64,000 bases of DNA, taken from the NCBI GenBank assembly GCA_951406725.2, contig OX597817.1, positions 144,150,001 to 144,214,000 on the forward strand, read 5' to 3'. The notes under the pieces were generated by a model. The model did no database searches, was not told the DNA's origin, and saw only the letters and a program-made list of their open reading frames with translations. Position 1 is the stretch's first letter. Each line of letters begins with the position of its first letter. Below are positions 27,076 to 40,025 of the stretch, piece by piece. A program made the position numbers and the translations under genes. This stretch comes from Octopus vulgaris. Lineage: Eukaryota.

Positions 27076-27910
27076 TATACCTCAACTTTAGAATAAAAGA
27101 AAAAAATATATATACACACACAAATACTACACTCCATAGAATCCATTACTAATCAGCCCCTTCATAGCTATATTTACACCCATTCATATTCTCCCTTCTC
27201 TGTTTTTTTCTTCTTCTTCTTCTTTATCATCATCGTTATCATCATCATCGGCGTCATCATCATCGCCACCATCATCACCACCATCTTCTCCTTCTCCTCC
27301 TTCTTCTTCTTCTTCTTCTTCATCATCATCGTTATCATCATCATCGTCGTCATAATCATCACCACCATCACCATCATCTTCTCCTTCTCCTTCTCCTTCT
27401 TCTTCTTCTTCTTCTTCTTCTTCTTCTTCTTCTCCACCCCTACCTCTTAAGTTTGTCACTAATGTTTTTTAGTATAACACCTACGCTAATTCTATAAACA
27501 AGCCTGTCAATATAAATATTCTCCTGAATTGAACTGAGACTGCCAGCCGCCACTGACCATTCAAAATACGACCATCAGGGCACTCCCAGATTCTCCCACC
27601 CCCTTTCCTCACCAGCCTTCCCTCTACTACCCTACCAAGAACTCACAACTACCTCGAACACACAAGTGCAAACAAGGGAGTCAGAGAAAGGCAGAATGCC
27701 ACTTAAATCTGAACACTACTATAGAAATATTCTTTTAAAAAAACTTTTCTTCTAATTTTTCTAAATTTAATTATTTAATCGTTACAGTTGAAAAGGTCAC
27801 AAAATGACCGAAACCGGTACTGAAATGTTCACTATAAAATTATTTTAGCATTTTCTATTTTTTACTTGTTTTTTCATATATATCAACTCGTGTGTTCCTT
27901 TTCACCCTTA
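25609..27910 (+). mobile_element. Penelope-like retroelement (ORF plus 3' pLTR) in (TA)n
   Basis: ORF followed by ~830 bp of non-coding sequence with a hammerhead; (TA)n on both sides. Confidence 0.85.
27785..27822 (+). ncRNA. Minimal type I hammerhead with U3-A8 core
   Basis: CAG TTGAAAA GGTCA-CAAAA-TGACC GAAA CCGG TA CTG; palindromic stem III. Confidence 0.75.
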
Positions 27911-27914
27911 TACA

Positions 27915-28044
<130 letters not shown>

Positions 28045-28045
28045 C

Positions 28046-28112
<67 letters not shown>

Positions 28113-28119
28113 TGTTGTT

Positions 28120-28352
28120 GTTTAATTTTTTTATTTGTTTCAGTCATTTGACTGTGGCCATGCTGGAGCACCGCCTTTAGTCGAGCAAATCGACCCCAGG
28201 ACTTATTCTTTGCAAACCTACTACTTATTGTATCGGTCTCTCTGGTCGAACCGCTAGGTGACAAGGAACGGAAACACACCAGCATCGGTTGTCAAGCGAT
28301 GTTGGGGAACAAACACAGACACACAAATACACACACACACACAGACACACAA

Positions 28353-28411
<59 letters not shown>

Positions 28412-28555
28412 AACAAACACATATATATGTACAACAGGCTTCTTTCAGTTTCCGTCTACCAAATCCCCTCACAAGGCTTTGGTCGGCCCGAGGCTATAGT
28501 AGAAGACACTTGCCCAATGTACCGCGCAGTGGGACTGAACCCGGACCCATGTGGA
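28120..28555 (-). mobile_element. SINE family A (5'-truncated)
   Basis: Matches the other copies. Confidence 0.8.
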
Positions 28556-28726
28556 TATAATGTATGTATGTATATATGTATGCATATTTCGCTTTAGGAA
28601 GGGCATCCAGCTGTAAAAAACCAAACCAAAACAGTGAGGCGTCTGTCAAACCGTCCAACCCATGCCAGTATAGAAAACGAACATTAAATGATAGTAATAA
28701 TGATGATGATGATGATTTTATGTATG

Positions 28727-28771
<45 letters not shown>

Positions 28772-28789
28772 ATATATATATATATATAT

Positions 28790-29255
28790 AGCCGTATGAA
28801 AGATGGCAGAATCCCCAAGGACATACTCTACGGAGAGCTTGCTAGGGGTACTAGGTCTGTGGGTAGACCGATCTTACGTTACAAGGATGTTTGCAAAAGG
28901 GATATGAAGGCCTGCAACATCAACATTAGCGGTTGGGAGGCAGTCGCCGGCAACCGTGGAGAATGGCGACGTACAGTAAAAGAGGGTATACAGAGGAGTG
29001 ACAGAAAGAGAGAGGAGAAATGGAAAGAAAGGAAGAAACATAAACAAGAGACCATGGCACTACAACCAGCCAGGAACAGTCTTCGCTACATTTGCAGTAC
29101 CTGCCAGAGGGAGTGTTTGTCCAGGATAGGACTACACAGCCACAGCAAGAAATGTAACAGGAAATAAAATATAACAGCCGGACTAGACCTAGAAAAAAAA
29201 AAAAAAAAAAAAATGCGCAACTCCATTGTCTCCCGAGACAGAAAGGATGCCAAAC
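28790..29255 (+). mobile_element. RTE-clade LINE 3' end
   Basis: RMKDGRIPKDILYGEL..G.RSVGRP.LRYKDVCKRDMK...W; C-terminal CSTCQRECLSRIGLHSH; 3' stem-loop TGTCTCCCGAGACA. Confidence 0.88.
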
Positions 29256-30188
29256 AAACATATATATATATATATATATATATGTATATGTATATACACA
29301 CACACACACGATGGGCAGCTTTCAGTTTCCGTCTGCGAAATCTTCTCACGAGGCTTTGGTCGGCCCGAGACTATAGCAGAAGACATTTTCCCAAGGTGCC
29401 GTGCTGTAGGACTGAACTGGGAACTATGTAGATGAGAAGCAAACGTAAATATTTATTTATTATTTCCAGTTAGTTGGTTGGTTGGTCGGTCGGCTTGTTT
29501 GTTTGTTTGTTTCTTCTTGGGCCGGTTAATATTTGCTCAACGTATAAATGTTAGCATTGGCCATATTTACACTAGTTCTGTTATGCGTAAGACGATTTTT
29601 TTTCTTCTTCTCTCGCCTAACCTCGCAGGCTTTCTCTCTTCTTCGCATTTATCAATCATACTAAATAAGCAGATGGTATTATCGATTTAGTTCTCCGTCT
29701 TCGGAATAAAGAAATGAAATTCGGCTGAGGTGTAATCTCCCTGGTGATAAATGCTAATACGAAAACATGATGCCGTCGCCGTTGCAACAGACGTAAACGA
29801 AGCATGAGGTGCGATGCACTAAATTCTATGTTGGATTCTCAGAAGTCGGCGAGTCCAAGAATTGGTGCGAAGTGATGGATGGGGTAGGGGAGGAAGAAGG
29901 GGGGGGCGGATCTTCTGAACACCTGAACACACACGCACTCAAACGCGCGTGTGCACACACATACACAGACACGTCGCGCGCATCTCACACACAAATACAC
30001 ATACACACCTGTACACACATGTACACACCTGTCTAATAACATAATAACAGAGTAGATATGGACGTAAGGGGTGAGAGAGCGAGAGTGAGAGAGAGAGAGA
30101 GAAAGAGAGAGAGTGAGGAGAAGGAACAATGGAAAACACAGAGAGTGAAGAGGAGGAAGAGGAGCGGAGGGAAGGACGAATAAGAGAA

Positions 30189-30254
<66 letters not shown>

Positions 30255-30512
30255 CAAGTCAAATCACTAAACGCGGAAACGAAGGTGTTTCGTTACTCTT
30301 TTACTCGTTTCAGAGATTGGACAACGGCCATGCTGGAGCACGACATCGAAGAGTTTTAATCAGTCACATCGTCCCAAAGGTCTAGTGCATATTCGCATAA
30401 TTTTTAGGTTTTACGAACCGCTAATGTTACGGAAGCATAAACAAAAGAAACTGTGTTGCAGGACCAAGGAACCCTTTAATTTAAATGAGTTTTCCTACAG
30501 ACCCCTTTTATA

Positions 30513-30886
30513 AGCGTAGGAGTGCCTGTGTGGTAAGTAGCTTGTTCACCAACCACATGGTTCCGGGTTCAGTCCCACTGCGCGGCACCTTGGACATGTG
30601 TCTTCTAGTATAGCCTCGGGCCGACCAAAGCCTTGTGAGTGGATTTAGTAGACGGAAACTGAAAGAATATATATATATACTCTCTTTTACTCTTTTACTT
30701 GTTTCAGTCATTTGACTGCGGCCATGCTGGAGCACCACCTTTAGTCGAGCAAATCGACCCCGGGACTTATTCTTTGTAAGCCCAGTACTTATTCTATCCG
30801 AACCGCTAAGTGACGGGGACGTAAACACACCAGCATCGGTTGTCAAGCAATGCTAGGGGGACAAACACAGACACAAACACACACAT

Positions 30887-30945
<59 letters not shown>

Positions 30946-31110
30946 TACGACAGGCTTCTTTCAGTTTCCGTCTACCAAATCCACTCACAAGGCATTGGTC
31001 GGCCCGGGGCTTTAGCAGAAGACACTTGCCCAAGATGCCACGCAGTGGGACTGAACCCGGAACCATGTGGTTGGTTAGCAAGCTACTTACCACACATCCA
31101 CTCATGCGCC
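30513..31110. mobile_element. Two SINE A copies in inverted orientation (+ 30513-30666; - 30680-31110)
   Basis: Direct comparison with 13222-13612. Confidence 0.8.
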
Positions 31111-31504
31111 TATATATATATATAACTTAGATAACTTGGATGTGTTTCGACGAAAGATTGGTCCAGGCCATGTCTAACTTAATAGCACCACCTGATAGGA
31201 TTAGCTAAATCCTTTTTAAGTCAAGTTTTGTGGTATCATAGTTCATTCGAGTAGGGAGTTATCTGGTATTCGTTGAAGAAATTTGTCCAGATTCCGTTTA
31301 AAGATGATTGATGAGATCCTTCTTCTCTTTGATCTGTTTCGGGACAATGTTAAATGGAGCAGGGACTGTTGAGGAAAAGAAATTGTGTTGCAAGACCCCA
31401 AGTGTTACCTTTGCGGACCACAAGTTGGGAACCACTGGTGTGGAGAATATATTCGATTCAAGCTAAGAACGAGATGCAGAATAAATTGATGAAGGTGGAT
31501 ATTG

Positions 31505-31942
31505 GGATCTTTTCGGTTTGAACGGCAGTTTTTTCTAGCGGTGTCATATGAAATTGTCACCCATAATTATGACCTTAGTATCGATCTATTGCATTTCAAT
31601 CTGTTTTAGGGTTAGGTTTAGTTAGAGTTAGTTAGGGTTAGGGGTGGGGGGGAAAGGTATCTTTTTTTCTTCACAAATGTAAATAAACCCAATCTGTTTC
31701 TTAAACGAGGGACATATTCATACGGCACAGAATGTTTTTTTTACTCAATGGACGTCACTGATTGGTTGAAATTGCAGAAAGTGAAGAAAAAAACAACAAA
31801 TATCTTACAAACTATAGAATTTTCTCAATAAAGCCAAGAGAAAAAGATGTTTTATAAACACATTCTACCAGTATACGAAGTGTAAAATTTTTTAGTTACC
31901 TAGAAATTATGTTAAAAACTGCCGTTCAAACCGAAAAGATCC
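31505..31942. mobile_element. MITE with ~28-bp perfect TIRs and internal TTAGGG-like repeats
   Basis: GGATCTTTTCGGTTTGAACGGCAGTTTTT ... AAAAACTGCCGTTCAAACCGAAAAGATCC; possible 7-bp TSD GATATTG/GATTTTG. Confidence 0.85.
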
Positions 31943-32247
31943 GATTTTGTTGTATAATGAACGCAGAATAGGAAAATATATTCTCTGTTTGTCAATAAGT
32001 TAGTTTCACTGAGAAAAATCCGGTTGGCAGTCGTCAAGCAATGTTACTGTAAATGCGCTGAAATGTCCTGAGACGGAATTGAAAAGTGTTTTAGAAGGAC
32101 TGTCGCAGGAATAGGCATGGCTGTATGGATGTTTACCTCTCAACCACATGGCTCCGGGTTCAGTCCCACTGCATAGCACCTCCGGCCGACCAAAGCCTTG
32201 TGAGTGGATTTGATAGACAGAAACTGAAAGAAGCCTGTCGTGTGGGC

Positions 32248-32316
32248 CAAGGGTCAAGAGTTTCGTGTGTTGGCACTTATCACATAAGTGCCAACACATG
32301 AAACTTTCGACCCTTG
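32248..32316. repeat. 69-nt hairpin (33-bp stem, 3-nt loop)
   Basis: 30 Watson-Crick pairs, 2 G-U and 1 A-C on the plus strand. Confidence 0.85.
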
Positions 32317-32397
32317 AGTCACTCTGTAGCTGCTGCTAAATATTAATGAAAATATACATATACTCATATTTTGAGATCTATTTTTCTTGCTTTTATC

Positions 32398-32512
<115 letters not shown>

Positions 32513-32600
32513 AGGAAAAATTTTTTTAAAAATGCAGAATGCTCAAATGAAAGAAAATTTTAATAAAATGAGAAAATGATAAAATATATAAATATACATT

Positions 32601-32641
32601 TATTCAACCGGTTTTCGTCATTGTATGACTTGTCAAGAATA
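32601..32641 (-). ncRNA. Minimal hammerhead-like motif with U3-A8 core
   Basis: TATTC TTGACAA GTCAT-ACA-ATGAC GAAA ACCGG TT GAATA. Confidence 0.6.
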
Positions 32642-33193
32642 TTTATGTTTTAAGAAGTTTTTTTAAAAATTAGAAAGGGGAAAAAAAGAAAATTGCATTG
32701 TTTTTTGTAAAAGAATAATGATAAAAATGTACAAAAATTAAAAAATAAGTTCTCCGATACATTGTGAGTTCGTTGTGTATCTTGAGTTTTATGGTTGTTT
32801 ACCAAAAAATTACCTTGAGGTGTTAAGATCCAAAGGGATTAAGAGCATGTGATGTGTTGTGTTGTTAAATTCAGCATGTTGCAGGACAGGAAGTAGTAGT
32901 AATTGTGGTCCTGGTTCTTCAGTTCCTGTGTTGGGAGTAAGGGGAGACAACTCTTTTGAGTTCTTCAATAAAACCCAAATTATAAAACTATCATTTTAGC
33001 TTCATTTGCATTATCTTTTTTATATAATTGCTTGTTAACTTAACTTTCAGATTTTAACACTTTATTTATATTATTTTCTAATAATATAAATCTGCATAGA
33101 CAATTGCATTTCAAATTGTCATATCATTTATAATAAAAATGATAGTAATAACAACAATAGTAAAAATGATATTTAAAGAATATAAGTTTTAGC

Positions 33194-33526
33194 TTAAATT
33201 AAATCAAGCCAATCCACCATAGGCCCTTAGACTCATCAGTAAGAAATAGCCAAATCGGAACAGATATTTTTCACGAGGCATTCCTCTTGCTGCCTCGGCA
33301 ATATCTGACCTAAAATTTTCAAATCGTCGCACTCGCGCCAAATTTATCGGCAGCAAATGAACCACCGATTCCGTTACGGAACTAACCAGAAAATTCATTG
33401 AAAATTTTAGGTCAGATATTGCCGAGGCAGCAAGAGGAATGCCTCGTGAAAAATATCTGTTCCGATTTGGCTATTTCTTACTGATGAGTCTAAGGGCCTA
33501 TGGTGGATTGGCTTGATTTAATTTAA
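33194..33526. repeat. Perfect 129-bp inverted repeat with 75-bp spacer
   Basis: Arms 33194-33322 and 33398-33526. Confidence 0.92.
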
Positions 33527-33579
33527 TCAGGTTAGTTTACCATTAAACGGTAGATGAAACGGTGCATCGTCTAAGAAAT
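33473..33579 (+). ncRNA. Type I hammerhead ribozyme, canonical core, GUC site
   Basis: ATTTCTTA CTGATGA GTCTA-(58 nt)-TAGAT GAAA CGGTGCATCG TC TAAGAAAT; predicted cut after C33571. Confidence 0.8.
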
Positions 33580-33697
33580 TACAGGGTAAAAGTTTTTCAA
33601 TTTTCTCCTGGTTTACGGTATTAATGTTATTTTGCGGTTAAAGCTTTTGGCTGTTATTTCTAGTGGGTGAATGGCCTATTATGGCCGTTCCTTGATT

Positions 33698-33732
<35 letters not shown>

Positions 33733-33737
33733 TTGTG

Positions 33738-34425
<688 letters not shown>

Positions 34426-34908
34426 TCGTTTCTTTTCTGTTTTCCAAGTAAGTTTTTATATATAATTATGACGCGAAACTCTGTAACCCTTTGCTTGACC
34501 TTCCCTTCCTTCCTGTCTGTCTTCCTCTTTGCCTGTCTCTCTCCTTCTTATTTTTCACCCTTTCTGGTTTCCTTTCCTCTCTCTCTCTCTCTCTCTCTCA
34601 ATCCTCCTCATCTCTCACACAACCGAGTCGACCACTTCCTTTCGCTGGCGGCCTCCTACAAGTGAACATGCCTTTTTCCTGCGCTCTTGAATTTTTCCAT
34701 TGTCTAGGCTAAAAAAAGGCCTTCAATGTTTGTCTCATTGTCCTGTTTTTATTCTTTACTTGTACTGTATTTTTTTGTATTTGTATTTTTATTTTGTATT
34801 TGTTTTTTTATTTGTATTGTATTTACGTCCTGTTTTTGTCACATTTTTTTCTTTCCTTGCTTTTACCCCTCTGCAAAGGAATTTTATTTAATTCTTTCGC
34901 ATGAAGGG

Positions 34909-34984
34909 CTAGTTCGACGAGTCGTGTTCTGTCCTTACCTTCGAAACACGCATGGAGTCGAACTAGGGACAGCTGATGAAGGGG
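34909..34984 (+). ncRNA. Non-circularly permuted hammerhead candidate (family 2)
   Basis: CGTG TT CTGTCC tta CCTTC GAAA CACG ... GGACAG CTGATGA A GGGG; outer stem CTAGTTCGAC/GTCGAACTAG. Confidence 0.65.
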
Positions 34985-35202
34985 AATTTTCCTTGTATTG
35001 TTTGTCTTGTACTCTGTTTTTTTCGTTGTTAAAAAAAGTCCGTTTCCATGTTTGTTTTTACGTTTTCGTTTCTAGTTGAGTTCTACGTCTATTTGTGGTG
35101 TCCTGTACTCACATATATATATATTTATATATGCATGTATATATACATGTAGATGTAGGTACGTACATATATGTATGTATGTATATATTTTATTTATTAA
35201 TT

Positions 35203-35298
<96 letters not shown>

Positions 35299-35305
35299 AT
35301 GTATG

Positions 35306-35349
<44 letters not shown>

Positions 35350-36140
35350 ATTGTTCCATTGTTGTTGTTTTTTGTTTCCCGTTTGGATTAAAATTATATA
35401 TATATATATATATGGATATATATATATGTATATATATGTCCAGTAAACTATAACATAAAAAGAAAAAATTCTATGTATGTATGCACATATATGTGTGTGT
35501 AGAGGTATACGCATGCGAGTGTGCGCGCCCGTGTGTGTGTGCGTGTGCAAGCAAACTGGTCAGCAGTGAAGTAGATAAGCGCTTATAAGTTATCCATCCA
35601 AGTATTATGATAGAATCCGCCTAGAACGTGCTCTCTACGAAAGCATGGTGGGAAGTAATGAAATTAAGTTTTCGGCGTAGAAAATTCTGGACTACGTTGT
35701 GACAGACTGACTATAAACAGCTGTCTGGTTGCAAGGACGTGATCAAACTGCTAGCTCTGTGAGCTGTGTTGGTTGCTGTGTATCATCACTAACTACAAGT
35801 TATTGTTCACTGCAAAGCTTTGTGTGCTGTCAGTGATAGTCGTGGGGACAACTGTTCTGCGAAAGCTGCTTCGACTGTGTCCGTTGCTGTCAGCGATTAG
35901 GTATGCCTCTTCATAAAACAGCTCACTAATCATTGATTATTTGAGGGGAATTAATTCGAATAACTAAGTCATTGATCAAAACTGTAGCCAGGAACGTCGT
36001 AGTCCCTTTAACAGGAGAGATTGACTGAAATTACTAAAATTAATTAAAAGTATGATTTATGCTTTATAAAAGATCAGCAATAAATCGTGGATGACATATT
36101 TTCTGGTTCCTAACAGGATAAAATACATATTTTGAATGCT

Positions 36141-36207
<67 letters not shown>

Positions 36208-36512
36208 AACATCCGACGGGTTCTTTCAATTTCCGTCTACCAAATCCACTCACAAGGTTTTGGTTGTCCCGAGGGTATAGTGGAAGACACTTGCGCAAGG
36301 TGCCACGCAGTGGGACTGAGATCAGAACCGGGTAGTTGGAAAGCAAGCTTCTTTTATTCATTCAATTGGCCACAAGGGCCTTACAAAGGAAGCTGCGGGC
36401 CGGACAAGGACATAATGAGATGGAATGATTGACGATATGATAATAATGAGGGCAACAGCAACGCCCACCGATTGCTGTTTACCCGAGCACATTGTTCTTT
36501 ATAAATACGTAT

Positions 36513-36990
36513 TGAGGCAACAAACCTCTTACATAACAAAACATAAAGGAGGCAATAAACCTCTCACAAGAAAGCCATTATGAGGCAGTAACCTCTTACA
36601 TAAGTCTAAAAACTATAAATCAATACAAATGAGGCACCAAGCCTCTTACTTTAATTGATTATAAAGCCTCCAGCCCGACCAGACTCCTCGCCTTGGTCAA
36701 ACACCTGCACAGTGTCAAGTCGAGCCGCATCAATACAAAATCAAAAATGTCCGCCGGGAAAGAGTTCATTATCCAGCACAGATCCGTTTCCCATATGACC
36801 TCCGCAGCCACTTGCGAAGGCCAGTCAGAGTCCTCCGTGCAGGACAGGATCCCCTCCCTTCGGCCCTTCCTTTTAAACTTCTTGATGAAGTTCTCCAATG
36901 TCCTTCCCTTATGGAAGAGGATCACAAACTCCCCCTCCCATGCTGTGGAGGGGGAGTTTTTTTTACCAGGCAGTCACTTCTGCGCCTACA
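36513..36990 (-). mobile_element. Possible L1/Tx1-type LINE 3' remnant with hairpin repeats
   Basis: Weak AAEVIWET-like motif; four GAGGCA-N-CCTCT units at 36513-36650. Confidence 0.35.
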
Positions 36991-37976
36991 CTATATTGTC
37001 GGTGTTTCGTCAGTGACCAGCCGCGTTCGTCTTTAATGAAAGACAATCCAGTGGTGACATCTTATCTTTTTAAGAGTATATAGAATAATGTTAGCTAATG
37101 TATCCTTTCCTTAATTAAAACTGTAGGGTGTGATGTGAAAGACATTTGGCTGCTATTTCTGCAGGTCTCTTGTGTTGCAAGAAACAGCACGTAGGCCCTA
37201 CCTTGTTAGCTCGCTGACAATGTTATATGTGTGTGTCAGCCTTGATTAGATCTATGTAGTTTTACATGATCATTTCATTGGTATATTTAATGATTGATAT
37301 CTGATGCTGTTGAAAGAAGGTAAATATTCCTGTCCCAGTAGGAGGTTATATTCTTGGCCTGTGTTCATTTAACTAGAGCATATCTGACATATGCACACAC
37401 ATACATTTCTATGTAGTTGAAAAATATCGTTATAGGTATAAATATACCATAAACAATTATAGAAAAATGGAATAGAAAAAGACGTTGAATCAAAAGTAGA
37501 TTTAATACAAAATAGGATTCATTACATACGCGCGTTTCAAAGGTCAATACAAATATGTAAGAAAAAATTATAATCATAATAATTATAATTAAAGTTATGC
37601 ATTGTCATTCTTGTGTGCGCAAGATTAAACGGAAATGAAGAGCTGTAGTACCCGAAAGGCATCTGTTACTTGCTTCAATCATTAGACTGCGGCCAGGCAA
37701 TTCTATTATCAGACAGTACATCAAAGCTGATATAATGTAGGGCAGGGCGGGGGGGGGGGGGTTCTGCTGCATTGCAAGCATTCAGGTTGGTTCCTGCGTA
37801 TGAGGATAAATTCTTTCCTTTCCGTACTCCGCCAATCTCAGCGGGATTCAAAATGGCGCTGACTGCTGATTGGTTTTACTCCTCTAAGTCATGCAAAATT
37901 TTTATATCTTACACACACACACACCCACCCACACACACACACACACATACACACACACACACACACACACTGTGAT

Positions 37977-38196
37977 CTGGCAGAGACGTTAGCACGCCGG
38001 GCAAAGTATTTCGCGGTATTTCGTCCGTCGCTACGTTCCGAGTTCAAATTCCGCCGAGGTCGACTTTGCCTTTCATCCTTTCAGGGTCGATAAATTAAGT
38101 ACCAGTTACGCACTGGGGTCGATATAATCGACTTAATCCGTTTGTCTGTCCTTGTTTGTCCCCTCTATGTTTAGCCCCTTGTGGGTAATAAAGAAA
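37977..38196 (+). mobile_element. SINE family B
   Basis: Matches 7016. Confidence 0.8.
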
Positions 38197-38443
38197 CACA
38201 CACACACGCGCGCGCGCGCGTATATATAGTCACAGATGAGATCCAGAGATTTTCGGTGTAGAAAACTGTAACGCTCAAATGATTTGCACTTAGACTCCGA
38301 TGTCTTTACAAGGGACCAATTCTGTGGGGATAAAGCCTGCCATTAAGAGGAATCAAGGTGATTAGATATGGGGACAATTATGTGGATAAACAAGCTAAAT
38401 TTGATATATATATATTTTTTGTGTATATATCCATACATACGTA

Positions 38444-39718
38444 TTAGGTCGTCAAGTATGAAATTTGTAGTAAGGCATATGGTAAACATTGACAGCTGCT
38501 CATTTTGCACCATTATTATATTTTAACAATATTTTTTGTTAGAAAGCTGACACATCTATTTCTTTATTCTAACTAATTTTGTGCTTTATAAAGTATTTAT
38601 AAATCGTTTTTTGCTGTTTTTGTTTAGAGATGGGTAAGTCGCAAATTCGTACAGTTTTGAAATATGAATTCTTTCTTGGAAATACAGCATCACTGACAGC
38701 TCGGAATATTAATGGAGTATTTCATTCTAATGTTATTACACGACAGACAGTATCATATTGGTTTGAAAAATTTCGTTCTGGTAACTTTGACCTCACAAAT
38801 GGGCAACACGGTTGACCAGAAACAAAGGTGGATAACGATAAACTGAAAGCCACCGTCCAGTCAGATCCATTTCAAAGTGCCCGTGAATTATCGTTGTTGT
38901 TTGGTGTTAGCAAGCAAACAATATTGACTCACCTAGTTCAAATCGGTAAAGTGAAAAAGTTGGATAAGTGGGTTCCACATGAACTCAATGAAAATCAGAA
39001 ACAGCAACGTTTGGAAGCCTGCATTAAGTTACTTTCTCGTCACAAAAATGAATAATTTTTTAATCGAATTGTAACGTGATGAGAAATGGATCCAAAACAA
39101 CAACCGTAAACGTTCAGCACAATGGTTGGACAAAGATGAGCCAGAAAAACACAGTCCAAAAAGCAAAATTCATCAAAAGAAACTGATGGTGTGTGTTTGG
39201 TGGTCTGGTGCAGGTGTTATCCATTATGATTTCATTAAACCTGGCTCATCAACCACGGCCGAAGTATACTGCCGCCAGCTGGACCAAATGATGCAGAAAC
39301 TTACAAAAAAAAAAAAACAGCCTAGATTAGTAAACAGATCCACTCCTATTTTATTGCAAGACAACGCCAGACTACACACTGCAAAAATGGCATTGGCGAA
39401 ACTACAGGAGCTGGAGTTGAAAGTTCTCCATCATTCACCATACTCATCTGATCTTACCCCCACTGACTACCATTTCTAGAACTTGGATAACTTTTTGATA
39501 TGAAAAATTTTTAATTCCGATGACGCTGTAAAACAGGCCTTCCAAGATTTTATTGCCTCTAGATTGCCAGGCTTTTATAGTTCCGGGCTAGGCAAGCTAC
39601 CGCTAAAATGGCAAAAGTGTATTGACAATATGGGTGCATTCTTTGATGAATAAAACTATTCCTTGTATTTATAAAACATTAGTAAACTCTTTTCTTTTCT
39701 TTTCTACAAATTTCATAC
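38444..39718 (+). mobile_element. Mariner (DD34D) transposon, decayed
   Basis: TA followed by TTAGGTCGTCAAGTATGAAATTTGTAG on the left; truncated right TIR CTACAAATTTCATAC. Confidence 0.9.
38630..39653 (+). pseudogene. Mariner transposase pseudogene
   Basis: WFEKFRSG, WVPHEL, KKLMVCVWW, LLQDNARLH, PYSSDLTPTDYHF; several in-frame stops. Confidence 0.92.
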
Positions 39719-40025
39719 ATACATATAGCAACAAGTCAGCCGACACTAAAAATCTGTAGTGGGACATATCTTTATCGATATATATGTCTCACTATCTGGT
39801 GAGACCCAGACTGATGGGTTGGAACATATGTTGTACCCAATAAAGATCTAATACCGAATCCATCTCCTGTTAATTAATATTATTACCCTATTTGCCACTG
39901 CGTTATTCTCCATGAAGTAGATCCAACAGAAGTGGCAAGCTTCTTACCACACAGCAACCTGATAATTTGCTCTGGAAAGTTCGAAAACCCTTATACGTCT
40001 GAGATTGTTACTAATCTATTATAGA

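Noticed and set aside
31605-31652. True telomere or chromosome-fusion site
   Set aside because: Only a few imperfect units, enclosed within MITE TIRs.
34909-34984. HDV-like ribozyme interpretation of the pseudoknot
   Set aside because: Helix order does not fit P1-P2-P3-P1.1-P4, while the hammerhead boxes sit exactly at the three-way junction.
35600-36050. Complex-sequence island, possible solo LTR or exon
   Set aside because: No ORF, termini, TSD or second copy that I could identify.
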